A stretch of 64,000 nt of DNA from an uncultured Collinsella sp. (GTDB lineage Bacteria > Actinomycetota > Coriobacteriia > Coriobacteriales > Coriobacteriaceae): positions 22,415-86,414 of the forward strand of contig URBQ01000003.1 of assembly GCA_900546115.1 (NCBI GenBank), in the 5' to 3' direction. Each line of letters starts with the position of its first letter. The stretch's first letter is position 1. The notes under the pieces are model-generated. The model was not told the DNA's origin, did not search any database, and saw nothing but the letters and a program-made list of their open reading frames with translations. A program made the translations under genes and the position numbers. Positions 8,735 to 19,280 of this stretch are shown in pieces.

Positions 8735-9949
8735 TTACTGGTAGCGTAGGCACTCCACCGGGTTGAGCTTTGCCGCGCGGCGAGCGGGGTAGAAGCCAAA
8801 GATCACGCCGATGCCGACGGAGACGCCGAAGGCCAGCAGCACCGTGGCGATTGAAAAGCTCGGTGTGATCTCCCCACTGGCACCGAGCTCGTTGAGAACC
8901 CCTGATCCTGCGGCAAACATCGCGAGGCCCCAGGCCAGCAGATAGCCAATCAGGACACCCAGCAGGCCACCGGTGACGCACAGCGCCGAGGACTCGGCCA
9001 AAAACTGCGCGGTGATATCGCGGCGACTGGCGCCCAAGGCACGGCGAATACCGATCTCGCGGATGCGCTCAGTCACGTTGGTAAGCATCATATTCATAAT
9101 GCCGATTCCGCCGACAAGCAGTGAGATACTGGCGACAGCGCCCATGATGAGCGAGAAGGCGCCCATAAACGAGTTGAGTGCATCGATGGCGCTTTTCATG
9201 GAGGTCGCCGATACGCTGTCGTACTCATCATCCTCCGAGATGCCCTTCATCGCGCGCACCTTAGACTCGATGGTCTTGCAGAGCTCGTCCATGTCTGTGC
9301 CCTCGGCGGCAAGTGCCGTCGCGCTGGGGAATGAAGGATTCTCGTCGCCAAACAGGCCGGAGATGGTTTCGCGTGGCATATATAGCGTGAGCGAGCCCAT
9401 GGAGTCGCTGCCGCCATCAATCACGCCTACAATCTGCACCTCGCCGTTGGACACCTTGATGGTTTTCCCCAGTGCGTCCTGTTCGTTGCCGTAAAGCTGA
9501 TCGGCGCCGCCGCGGCTGATGAGCGCCACGCGCGAGGCTGATTGAGACTCTGCCTGTGAATAGACACGTCCCGCAACGAGCTTGCTGGCGCCCACGGCAT
9601 CGAGCATGTCGCTATCGACGCCGTGTGCCATGACGGTATAGCTTTTATCCCCGACCTTGTACTCGGAATAGGCGCTATCGACGATGCCGATCTGCTCAAT
9701 CTGCGGCACCAGTTTGCGAAGCTTTTCCACATCCGAATCGGTGAGTTCTTGGGACGAATAGATCTCTACCATGCGGGCTGCATTGAGGCCCAGGCTGTTG
9801 ACCAGGCTGTTTTGGATGCCGCCGATGAGCGAAGTCATGGCGATGACCGAGGCGATGCCAATGACGATGCCAAGGATGGTGAGCAGGCTGCGTCCCTTGT
9901 TGGCCTCGAGCGAGTGAAGGGCTTCTTGGACAAGATCGCGGGTGCTCAT
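8735..9949 (-). CDS. ABC transporter permease, MacB/FtsX type
   Basis: 404 aa. N-terminal TM helix, large extracytoplasmic domain, C-terminal FtsX-like 3-TM bundle (RRALGASRRDI). Overlaps the upstream ATPase gene by 4 nt. Confidence 0.85.
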   Translation of the reverse strand: MSTRDLVQEALHSLEANKGRSLLTILGIVIGIASVIAMTSLIGGIQNSLVNSLGLNAARMVEIYSSQELTDSDVEKLRKLVPQIEQIGIVDSAYSEYKVGDKSYTVMAHGVDSDMLDAVGASKLVAGRVYSQAESQSASRVALISRGGADQLYGNEQDALGKTIKVSNGEVQIVGVIDGGSDSMGSLTLYMPRETISGLFGDENPSFPSATALAAEGTDMDELCKTIESKVRAMKGISEDDEYDSVSATSMKSAIDALNSFMGAFSLIMGAVASISLLVGGIGIMNMMLTNVTERIREIGIRRALGASRRDITAQFLAESSALCVTGGLLGVLIGYLLAWGLAMFAAGSGVLNELGASGEITPSFSIATVLLAFGVSVGIGVIFGFYPARRAAKLNPVECLRYQ

Positions 9950-10719
9950 TCCTTCGCTCCCTTCGGCTGATTGGTGGATGTCGAAATCGTGGGCAGGGCG
10001 TTCACGGCCCCGCGTAACGTATTCGGTGTATGCGCGACATATGCGCCGTCATGGATTCGCCCGTCACGGATGGTTACGGCTCGATCGGCCTCGGCGGCGA
10101 TGCCGGGGTCATGCGTGATGAGTACGATGGTCTTGCCGCGTTTCTGGAGCTTGTGGAAGGTTTCCATGACGAGCGCCCCGGTTGTCGAGTCTAGATTTCC
10201 CGTTGGCTCGTCGGCCAAAATGATGGGCGGGTCGTTGACGAGGGCGCGCGCGATGGCGACGCGCTGCATCTGTCCGCCCGAGAGTTCCGATATGCGGTGG
10301 TCCCAATGGTCGACCGGCAGTGTGACGGCTTGCAGCGCGTGCACGGCGCGCATCTCGCGCTGGCTACGCGGCACATTGGTGTAGGACAGCGGCAGCATGA
10401 CGTTTTCGATCACCGTCAGACGCGGCAGCAAGTTAAAACTCTGAAAGACAAAGCCGATGCTCAGCGCGCGCACCTCGGTGAGCTCATCATCGTCGAGCTC
10501 GGCGACGTTGAGCCCTTGCAGGAAGTAATCGCCCGCCGTCGGTTTGTCCAGGCAGCCCAGGATGTTCATGAGTGTCGACTTGCCCGAGCCCGAGGGGCCG
10601 GTGATGGCGACGAACTCACCGGGATCTACTGCCAGGCTTACGTTATGCAGGATGTGGGCGCAACCGGCCTCGCTCTCAAAGATGCGGTGCACGTTGCGGA
10701 TGTCGATGACGGGACGCAT
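9946..10719 (-). CDS. ABC transporter ATP-binding protein (MacB/LolD-type)
   Basis: Walker A GPSGSGKST, signature LSGGQMQRVAIARAL, Walker B ILADEPTGNLD. Confidence 0.9.
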   Translation of the reverse strand: MRPVIDIRNVHRIFESEAGCAHILHNVSLAVDPGEFVAITGPSGSGKSTLMNILGCLDKPTAGDYFLQGLNVAELDDDELTEVRALSIGFVFQSFNLLPRLTVIENVMLPLSYTNVPRSQREMRAVHALQAVTLPVDHWDHRISELSGGQMQRVAIARALVNDPPIILADEPTGNLDSTTGALVMETFHKLQKRGKTIVLITHDPGIAAEADRAVTIRDGRIHDGAYVAHTPNTLRGAVNALPTISTSTNQPKGAKE

Positions 10720-12131
10720 TACTTGCCCTCGTCGGCAGGCATGTTGTCGCCGCCGTCTGCCGTCATGCCTGTGCCGGTATCCGTCACGATGGTGTCGCCG
10801 TCGCGTAACTTGGTAACCGGGACGTCTGGGTTGATCTCGTTGCCCTGGTCGTCGCGCTTGACCTGCGTCTTACCGACTACAGCCTCGTTGTCGTTTTGCG
10901 TCACGACGGTCACCTTCACGCGGCGCGTCTTCTTGCCTTCCGAATCGGTGGCCAGATTGACGTAATAGTGCTCGCCATCTTCGGTCATCAGCGCCATGGT
11001 CGGCACCATAACCACGTCGTCGAGCTTCTCGGTCACTACCGAGACCTCGGCAGTCATACCCGGCTTAAGGCGACTGTCGGGTGCTTCGATGAGGATGTCG
11101 ACGTTAAAGGTCACGCTGCCGCCGCTACCGGAGCCGGAGTCAGAGTTTGCCACCGAGGCGATAGCCGTGACGGTGCCCTGGCTCACGATATCGGGAAACG
11201 CGGGATAGGTCACGTTGGCGCTTTGGCCCACGGCGATCTTGGCGATATCCTTTTCGCCCACCTGAACCGTCACCTTCATCTTGGACAGGTCGGCGATTTG
11301 CATGCACTGCTTGCCGCCGCTCGTGTCGCTTTCACCCATGATCATGCCGCCTGTTACCGTAGCGCCCACCTTGGCGTTGAGCTCCACGATGCTGCCCGAG
11401 CTGGGGGCCTTTACGGTGCGCTCGGCCGCCTTTGCAGTTGCCTGTTCCAGCGCTGCCTGGGCCGAGGCGAGGTTGCGCTGGGCGGTCGAGACGGCATTTG
11501 CGTTGGCGTTTGCGTCCGATGGACCGGTCGATCCGTCACTGTCCGTTGTCGGTGCGGCCTGTGCGGCCGCGAGTGCCACCTTTGCATTGTTCAGGTCTTC
11601 CTGGGCGGCCGCGACCGCGCGCTGCGCCTCGTTAACAGCGCTATCGAGCGCGTCGTTCTTAATGGTCATGAGTACGTCGCCCTCGTTGACGCTCTGTCCG
11701 GCATGCACGTTGATCTTTTCAACCGTACCGTCGACAGAAGGGGAGACGACCGATGCCGAGATGGGCTTAAGCTGCCCCTTGGCTTCGACTGTGGTGGTAA
11801 ACGTGCCTTCGGTGACCATGTCGGTCACCGGTCCGTTGGTGCCTGCGGGTTGCGCGTTGATGACCAGCGTTGCGATGATAGCAATGAGCGCGATGGCAAC
11901 AACGACACCGACGGCGATACCGCGTCGGATGAGCTTTTTGCGCCGACGCTCGGCACGCTTTGCCTTGAGCTTTGCATAGGCTTCTTCATCGGAGATATCG
12001 GTCGAATCGTCGAGACTCGTTTGGGGCTGCTTGTTGTCTGCAGCGCTGATAATCGGCAGGGTCTCGGTGGCATCTTGGGGCATGCGATCGGAATCGTCAG
12101 GACCCGGATTGATCGTGGGGACCTTGGACAT
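10719..12131 (-). CDS. Efflux adaptor / membrane-fusion protein (HlyD/MacA family)
   Basis: N-terminal TM anchor, Ala/Gln-rich coiled-coil segment, beta-rich C-terminus. First gene of a 3-gene efflux operon; its stop overlaps the ATPase start. Confidence 0.75.
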   Translation of the reverse strand: MSKVPTINPGPDDSDRMPQDATETLPIISAADNKQPQTSLDDSTDISDEEAYAKLKAKRAERRRKKLIRRGIAVGVVVAIALIAIIATLVINAQPAGTNGPVTDMVTEGTFTTTVEAKGQLKPISASVVSPSVDGTVEKINVHAGQSVNEGDVLMTIKNDALDSAVNEAQRAVAAAQEDLNNAKVALAAAQAAPTTDSDGSTGPSDANANANAVSTAQRNLASAQAALEQATAKAAERTVKAPSSGSIVELNAKVGATVTGGMIMGESDTSGGKQCMQIADLSKMKVTVQVGEKDIAKIAVGQSANVTYPAFPDIVSQGTVTAIASVANSDSGSGSGGSVTFNVDILIEAPDSRLKPGMTAEVSVVTEKLDDVVMVPTMALMTEDGEHYYVNLATDSEGKKTRRVKVTVVTQNDNEAVVGKTQVKRDDQGNEINPDVPVTKLRDGDTIVTDTGTGMTADGGDNMPADEGK

Positions 12132-12165
12132 AGCGTCTCCTTTATCGATATGGCTCCGATAAGTA

Positions 12166-12195
12166 TATACGCCCGTCGCGATAGGCGGGCGTATA
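12166..12195 (-). terminator. Hairpin downstream of the L,D-transpeptidase gene
   Basis: 10-bp stem tatacgcccg / cgggcgtata with a 10-nt loop, followed on the minus strand by an A/U-rich stretch. Confidence 0.45.
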
Positions 12196-12263
12196 GAAGT
12201 TGCGGATGACGGTACTGTAAGTTTTGTCGCCGTGCTGTTTACTTGTTGTAGACGTTAGCTGCG

Positions 12264-13988
12264 TTACGAGTGCACGACCACGCAGAGGCCGACTTTGATG
12301 CGCTCGTGGAGCGACTTGGCATCGGCCAGACGCAGGTTGATACAACCGTGGCTACCGCACCACTTGTACGATTCGGCGTTATCGAAACTCGAATCGTTTT
12401 GCCAGGTGGCGTCGTGGAATCCGACCATATTGCCCTCGAACGGCATCCAGTAGCTTACCGGGCTCTCGTATTTGGGCTTGCCGGTCTCGGGGTCCTTGGC
12501 ACCGATGAGTTTGCTGGCGCCATCGTTGCTGTTGATCTGCCATACGCCCTCGGGGGTGGCGTCTTCGCCCGGTTTGCCAGAAATAAAGTTGGCCTCCCAC
12601 ACGATGTTGCCGCTCTCGTCGTAGTAGCGCGCATGCTGCTCGGACAGGTCGACGTCGATATAGGCCTTCCAGTCGGGCTCGCCCTTGGCGGTAAATGTGT
12701 CGGCCTTCTGGGAGTACTTGATCTCGATTTCGCCGGTCTGCTTGTTGTTGATGGCGTCCTCGACCTGCTTGGCGAGCGAGCTGCTGTCGATGGACCAACC
12801 AAAGTCGCCGCCTTCGACGGCGCACTGCTTGCCATCGGCGCGCGTCCACCAGCGAGTGGAGCCCACGGTATTAAAGCCGTTGGCGAGCTCGGCTGCCCAG
12901 CTGCTGATCTGCGACGTATCGAGCGTGGGGTTGGCCGGATCGGCAAAGCTGATCCACTGCAACACGGAGCTGCCATCAACCTTGCCGGCATCCTCGCCGT
13001 TGAGCTTGAGGGTCACGTTGACGCCCAAGAAGTTGTTGGCGGCATCGCATGCAGACTGAATCTGATCATCGGTCAGCGTTCCATTGAGCGGCTCATAGGC
13101 ATCGTTGCCGAGCTTGGAAAGATCTACGGTCTCGGCCAGCGAGGCAAGCTCGAGCTCGGCATACTTAATGACATGCTCGCGGTTGAGTTTTTCGTTGGAG
13201 CGCGCCTTCTCGACGGTAAACTTGCCGGCCTGCTCGTCATAGGAGCTATTGGCCTCGAACGCGCCCGAACGCCCCTCGTTAAACTCGTCGATGGCGGCGC
13301 CCAGATCCTTCTCAAACTGCTTTTGGTCAAAGGTGTCGGAGAGCATGGACAGGTCGACGTCTTGATCAAGATCGACTTCGTTGGAGCTAGCGGTTGTTTT
13401 GGTCTTGCCGCTTAAGGATTCTACAAGGCGAACCGGCCATACAATGGCTTCGTTGCGGCTGATAATCTCTTTTGCGGCAGCTTCGCCGTCGACAATGGGC
13501 TCATCGGACTCGGGCTGATAGGTCCAGCTAAAGTCATCGCCTGTCACGGTGAGCTTATAGTGCTTCCAAGCCGAGTTGACCTTGGTGGCGGCAGACGAAG
13601 CGTTGGAGAACGAGACATCGACGCCGGCGATAGTGGTGTTGGGGTAGGCTACCTGCGAAAACGCTACAACGCCTACGATATAGACAATGACGATAAGACC
13701 CAGAACGACAAAGAGCGTCGTCTTTTTGCCCGACTTATTGTTCTCGGCGGGTTTGCGTGCGGGGCCGCGATCGCCTCGAGCGTGCGTGGGGGGCTGCTTG
13801 GGCGCATTGCCATTTGCCTGGCGCTGCTGATGCTGCTTGTTCGGACGTTGGGAAACGTTTGCCGCACCTCGCTGCTGACCGCGGCTCGGCGCGATAGGAC
13901 GCGGCGACTGAACGCCGCCGGTATGCCTGCTCGGCTGCTGCGGATCGGGAATCAGTTGAGTTCGATCGTTTTGCGACATCGTATGCAT
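12264..13988 (-). CDS. L,D-transpeptidase (YkuD/ErfK family) with long N-terminal extracytoplasmic region
   Basis: C-terminal catalytic motif GFHDATW...CGSHGCINL. Has a low-complexity basic N-terminus followed by one TM helix. Confidence 0.75.
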   Translation of the reverse strand: MHTMSQNDRTQLIPDPQQPSRHTGGVQSPRPIAPSRGQQRGAANVSQRPNKQHQQRQANGNAPKQPPTHARGDRGPARKPAENNKSGKKTTLFVVLGLIVIVYIVGVVAFSQVAYPNTTIAGVDVSFSNASSAATKVNSAWKHYKLTVTGDDFSWTYQPESDEPIVDGEAAAKEIISRNEAIVWPVRLVESLSGKTKTTASSNEVDLDQDVDLSMLSDTFDQKQFEKDLGAAIDEFNEGRSGAFEANSSYDEQAGKFTVEKARSNEKLNREHVIKYAELELASLAETVDLSKLGNDAYEPLNGTLTDDQIQSACDAANNFLGVNVTLKLNGEDAGKVDGSSVLQWISFADPANPTLDTSQISSWAAELANGFNTVGSTRWWTRADGKQCAVEGGDFGWSIDSSSLAKQVEDAINNKQTGEIEIKYSQKADTFTAKGEPDWKAYIDVDLSEQHARYYDESGNIVWEANFISGKPGEDATPEGVWQINSNDGASKLIGAKDPETGKPKYESPVSYWMPFEGNMVGFHDATWQNDSSFDNAESYKWCGSHGCINLRLADAKSLHERIKVGLCVVVHS

Positions 13989-14082
13989 ATCCTTCGGATT
14001 TCGCCTTGCGGCTCATCGTGTTTTTACTGGGCTTGCATTATAGCGATTACCCAGTTGTTTGTGGTATGGAAACGGTGGCATT

Positions 14083-14110
14083 CAAAAGAGGTGGGACATT
14101 TGTCCCACCT
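14083..14110 (-). terminator. Intrinsic terminator of sdaA
   Basis: Stem aggtgggaca / tgtcccacct, followed on the minus strand by CUUUUG. Lies 19 nt after the sdaA stop. Confidence 0.6.
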
Positions 14111-14128
14111 TCGAGTCGTTCTTTGTCG

Positions 14129-15736
14129 CTATCCGCACACACCGCATTTTGCACAGGCCGAAAGTGCGGCCGGAGCCTGCGCGATGCCACCCTTTGCCGT
14201 CTCGCGCAGCGTGGCCGGCAACGCGTGGCCCACGGAGAGCATGACGTGCGCCATCTGGTCAAACGGCACCAGGCTCTTGATACCGGCAAGTGCAAGCTGC
14301 GCCGAGCTAAATGCCGCGGCCACGCCGATGGCATTGCGGTTTTGGCACGGCACCTCCACGAGGCCGCCCACCGGGTCGCAGACCAGGCCCAGCAGGTTGC
14401 TCAGGGCGATGGAGCTGGCGTCGAGTGCCTGCTCAGGCGTGCCTCCGAGCATCTGCACCAGCGCGGCGGCGGCCATGGCGGCCGCGCTTCCCACCTCGGC
14501 TTGGCATCCGCCCTCGGCGCCGGCGACGCAGGCGCTCGTGGTGAGGTTGAGGCCGATGGCGGCGGCGCAGTAGAGGGCGTCCATGACTTGCTCATCGTCC
14601 AGTTGCAGATGGTCGGCGAGCGCCAGCACGCAGCCGGGCACGACGCCTGCGGAGCCGGCCGTGGGGGCGGCGACGATCACTCCCATTGTGGCGGAGCGCT
14701 CAAGGACGGCCATGGCGCGGGCCACGGCATCGGTCTGGACGGCGCCCATCAGGCTTACGCTCAAGTCGTTGCGGCCGGTGGCATCAACGAGTCTGGCCTC
14801 GCCGCCGATAAGCCCGCCGAGCGAGCGCTGAGGATTGGCGATGGGGGCCGTGGTCTCCTCGCGCATGACGTCGAGCACGCGGCGCATGGCGGCGACGGCG
14901 TGGGCCTCGCCGGTCAGGCGCGCCTCGCGAACGGCCATGACGGCGCCGATGTTGAGGCCGAGTTCGGCGCAGGCGTCGAGCAACTGCGCACCATCGTCAA
15001 AGATTTCCTTGGCCGAAACGCCGGGGGAGAGCGACGAGGCCGAGCCCGGGAGCTCGATAAAGGTGGCGTAGTTTACATTGTCGAGCTTGCGCAGCATGGG
15101 GATGACGGTGTCGTCGGGGGCGCCATCGGTTTCAAAGACGGAGTATGCCTGGCCGCCCACCTCGGTGCGGTAGGTGCGGCAGAAAGCGATGTTCACATGG
15201 GCGTAGGCGAGCAGGTTCGTGAGCGCGGCGAGCACACCGGGGACGTCCTGGTGTGCCACGAAGAGCGTGGAATACATGCCCGAGATATCGACGCCGACGC
15301 CGTTGATGCGGCTGATGCGCATCTTGCCGCCGCCGAGGCTCTCGCCGCGGACCTGCGCCGTGGCGCCCGTATCGTCGGCCATGTCGATGTCGACGGTGTT
15401 GGGATGGATGGAGGCGTCGTCGCCCTTAATTTCAAAGTGGTAGTCGAGGCCCTGCTCGCGTGCGAGGTCGAAGGCCTGCTTGATGTTCTCGTCGTCGGTG
15501 TCGAGGCCCAGGATGCCCGCGACGAGCGCACGATCGGTGCCGTGGCCGCGGTAGGTGTGGGCAAAGGAGTTCCACAGGCCAAAGGTGACCTTAGTGATGC
15601 GGCCTTCCAGCAGGCTGGCGGCAACTTGGGCGCACCGCAGGGCGCCAGCGGTGTGCGATGAACTGGGGCCGACCATGACGGGCCCCAAGATCTCGAATGC
15701 CGAGGTCGTAGCTAGTGTTTGCGGCTTGCCTGCCAT
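14129..15736 (-). CDS. sdaA: L-serine dehydratase, iron-sulfur dependent, single-chain beta-alpha form
   Basis: N-terminus has FEILGPVMVGPSSSHTAGA (beta-type). The C-terminal half has the alpha-type motif AAPTAGSAGVVPG. 535 aa. Confidence 0.85.
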   Translation of the reverse strand: MAGKPQTLATTSAFEILGPVMVGPSSSHTAGALRCAQVAASLLEGRITKVTFGLWNSFAHTYRGHGTDRALVAGILGLDTDDENIKQAFDLAREQGLDYHFEIKGDDASIHPNTVDIDMADDTGATAQVRGESLGGGKMRISRINGVGVDISGMYSTLFVAHQDVPGVLAALTNLLAYAHVNIAFCRTYRTEVGGQAYSVFETDGAPDDTVIPMLRKLDNVNYATFIELPGSASSLSPGVSAKEIFDDGAQLLDACAELGLNIGAVMAVREARLTGEAHAVAAMRRVLDVMREETTAPIANPQRSLGGLIGGEARLVDATGRNDLSVSLMGAVQTDAVARAMAVLERSATMGVIVAAPTAGSAGVVPGCVLALADHLQLDDEQVMDALYCAAAIGLNLTTSACVAGAEGGCQAEVGSAAAMAAAALVQMLGGTPEQALDASSIALSNLLGLVCDPVGGLVEVPCQNRNAIGVAAAFSSAQLALAGIKSLVPFDQMAHVMLSVGHALPATLRETAKGGIAQAPAALSACAKCGVCG

Positions 15737-15759
15737 ATGCGCTCCTGTTCTATCCCGTC

Positions 15760-15880
15760 GTTCCGAGGGCTTTGGTATTTGGTCGCCTGCTCTACAGTCC
15801 TGGCTCGCACGGAGGCCACATTAAGTGGCCTCCGGCTCGTGCGGAACTCGCGATCGACCAAATACCAAAGCCCTCGGAAC
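15760..15880. repeat. 121-bp palindromic element in the sdaA 5' leader (26-bp perfect arms plus inner hairpin)
   Basis: Arm gttccgagggctttggtatttggtcg (15760-15785) is exactly complementary to 15855-15880. Inner hairpin ggaggccac/gtggcctcc lies at 15811-15833. Confidence 0.8.
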
Positions 15881-15974
15881 TTAGGATACATGGTAGGGGC
15901 ACGCTTGCTGCAAAATTCATCAGCTGGGAACCTATTCTGCGTCCCATGTCGACTCATCTTCACCACCGGTTAAT

Positions 15975-16010
15975 AAAAAAGAGGTACCGGTTGTTCCGGT
16001 ACCTCTTTTT
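15975..16010 (-). terminator. Intrinsic terminator of metK (symmetrical A6 / T5 flanks, could act bidirectionally)
   Basis: aaaaaa-gaggtaccgg-ttgtt-ccggtacctc-ttttt: 10-bp GC-rich stem with a U-run on both strands. Lies 38 nt after the metK stop. Confidence 0.8.
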
Positions 16011-16047
16011 GGCGTGTTTCTATTTGGCTGTGGCTTTTCTCGTAAGC

Positions 16048-17328
<1,281 letters not shown>

Positions 17329-17437
17329 GATTGTCCTTTCAAAAACGTGTCCCGGCGACCGTTACCATTCCGCCGGGCTCTCTATGCAAGGGCACATCAT
17401 AGCGCGTAAATCAAACATTCACACCCTTTCCGCACCT

Positions 17438-17510
17438 ACTCATTGGGGACAGACTTAAATGACCATCAGGGTGCTCTTTGGGTAGTCATTTAAGTCTGTC
17501 CCCAATGAGT
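17438..17510. repeat. Long palindrome in the metK / gltX divergent region (26-bp perfect arms, 21-nt spacer)
   Basis: actcattggggacagacttaaatgac (17438-17463) is exactly complementary to 17485-17510. Pairing extends a few more bp outward. Confidence 0.8.
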
Positions 17511-17594
17511 GGGTCGGTGCCCTTTGTGCGGAGGTTGCTTTGATGCTTTATACTGGTGCGGTTAGACATCCATCCTGCAATCGAGGAGATTTCC

Positions 17595-19070
17595 ATGGCA
17601 TCAGACGTTCGCGTCCGCTTTGCACCCTCACCGACGGGCAAGCTGCACATCGGCGGCGCCCGCACCGCTATCTATAACTGGGCTTTCGCCCGTGCTAACG
17701 GCGGCACGTTCATCCTGCGCATCGACGACACCGATCCCACCCGTTCCACCGACGAGAACACGCAGATCATCCTGCGCGCCATGCGTTGGCTGGGCCTGGA
17801 CTGGGACGAGGGTCCTGAGGTGGGCGGAGACTTTGGCCCCTACGCCCAGACCGAGCGCCTGGACCTGTACAAGCAGGCTGCCCAGAAGCTTTGGGACGAG
17901 GGCAAGGCCTATCCCTGCTTCTGCACCAAGGAGCAGCTCGACGCCGATCGCAAGGCCGCGCAGGAGCGCAAGGACCCCTTCCAGGGCTATCAGCGCCGTT
18001 GCCGCGACCTTGATCCCGAGGAGGCCCGCCGTCGCATCGAGGCCGGCGAGTCCTACGTCCTGCGCATCAAGGTACCCGAGGACCGCGGCGACGTCGTCAT
18101 CCACGATGCCGTCCACGGCGAGGTGACCTTCGACGCCAAGGAGCTCGACGACTTTGTCATCTTCCGCTCCGATGGCACGCCCACGTACAACTTTGCGACC
18201 GTCGTCGACGACGCCATGATGAAGATCACCCATGTCATCCGCGGCGACGACCACCTGTCCAACACCCCGCGTCAGGTCATGGTCTACGAGGCCCTCGGTG
18301 CGCCTGTGCCCACGTTCGCCCACATCTCCATGATCCTGGGCGCCGACGGCAAGAAGCTCTCCAAGCGCCATGGCGCCACCTCGGTGGAGGAGTACCGCGA
18401 CGCCGGTTACCTGTCCGACGCCTTCGTCAACTACCTGGCGCTGCTCGGCTGGTCGCTCGACGGCGAGACCACAATCATCCCGCGCGATGTCCTGGCCAGC
18501 AAGTTCTCGCTCGACCGCATCTCCAAGAACCCGGCGACCTTCGACCCCAAGAAACTCGACTGGGTCAACGCCGAGTACATCAACGGCATGTCCGATGCCC
18601 AGTTTGCCGACGAGATCATGGTCCCCGAACTGCACGAGGCGGGTCTCATCGAGGGTAATGTCGAGTACGGCGAGGACTGGATTGATGCGCTTGCCGCCAT
18701 CGTCAAGCCGCGCACCAAGATGCCGGCCGACGCCGTGACCGTCGCCGCCCCCATCTTTGCCACGGCCGAGACACTCGAGTATGACGAGAAGTCCGTCAAC
18801 AAAGGCCTGGCCAAGGAGGGCATGGGTGCCATTCTGGACGCCGCCAAGGCCGCGCTTGAGGGTGTGGGCGAGTGGACTGCCGAGACCATCGACGCCTCGC
18901 TTGAGCCGCTGCCCGAGCAGATGGACCTTAAGAAGCGCGTGGTGTTCCAGGCCGTGCGCGTCGCCGTCTGCGGCAACATGGTGAGCCCCCCGTTGGGCGA
19001 GACCATGGCGCTCGTCGGCCGCGACGACTGCCTGGCACGCATCGACCGCGCCCGCACGATGGCGCTGTAG
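17595..19070 (+). CDS. gltX: Glutamate--tRNA ligase
   Basis: ATG 17595 lies 7 nt after GAGGAG. Translates MASDVRVRFAPSPTGKLHIGGART (HIGH motif) with KLSKRHG (KMSKS motif). Confidence 0.95.
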   Translation: MASDVRVRFAPSPTGKLHIGGARTAIYNWAFARANGGTFILRIDDTDPTRSTDENTQIILRAMRWLGLDWDEGPEVGGDFGPYAQTERLDLYKQAAQKLWDEGKAYPCFCTKEQLDADRKAAQERKDPFQGYQRRCRDLDPEEARRRIEAGESYVLRIKVPEDRGDVVIHDAVHGEVTFDAKELDDFVIFRSDGTPTYNFATVVDDAMMKITHVIRGDDHLSNTPRQVMVYEALGAPVPTFAHISMILGADGKKLSKRHGATSVEEYRDAGYLSDAFVNYLALLGWSLDGETTIIPRDVLASKFSLDRISKNPATFDPKKLDWVNAEYINGMSDAQFADEIMVPELHEAGLIEGNVEYGEDWIDALAAIVKPRTKMPADAVTVAAPIFATAETLEYDEKSVNKGLAKEGMGAILDAAKAALEGVGEWTAETIDASLEPLPEQMDLKKRVVFQAVRVAVCGNMVSPPLGETMALVGRDDCLARIDRARTMAL

Positions 19071-19093
19071 CAGACGCGTAAACGCATGTATCC

Positions 19094-19127
19094 GAGCCCC
19101 GTTCCCCCGAGCGGGGCTCTTGTTTCT
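19094..19127 (+). terminator. Intrinsic terminator of gltX
   Basis: Stem gagccccg / cggggctc with a 10-nt loop, followed by ttgtttct. Confidence 0.65.
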
Positions 19128-19146
19128 GTACCGATGAGTGGGTTGC

Positions 19147-19248
19147 TGGGACAAAATAATCAGTAGTGTTTGTCCCATGTTCGAGTGACGCAACAAGCTC
19201 GACACTCGTATCGGCCATGGGACAAACTCTACTGATTATTTTGTCCCA
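19147..19248. repeat. Long palindrome between gltX and priA (33-bp arms, 1 mismatch, 36-nt spacer); each arm is itself a hairpin
   Basis: tgggacaaaataatcagtagtgtttgtcccatg (19147-19179) pairs with catgggacaaactctactgattattttgtccca (19216-19248). Within one arm, tgggacaaa and tttgtccca are self-complementary. Confidence 0.8.
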
Positions 19249-19280
19249 CCCCTTTCAGGTCCGTTCGTTAGAGGTGGTGT

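Noticed and set aside
14006-15661. 551-aa + strand ORF, and 13560-14573 +
   Set aside because: Both are antisense to sdaA and the L,D-transpeptidase gene. The translation is low-complexity (G/A/H/D-rich), it spans an intergenic terminator, and the minus-strand genes have clear motifs.
17329-17594. Calling a specific SAM riboswitch class upstream of metK
   Set aside because: I could not match the conserved cores of SAM-I, SAM-IV, SAM-VI or SMK from memory. It is kept only as an open question in the findings, not as a feature.
17628-19205. 525-aa minus-strand ORF
   Set aside because: It is an exact antisense shadow of gltX, which has HIGH/KMSKS motifs and a good SD, and it has no motifs of its own.
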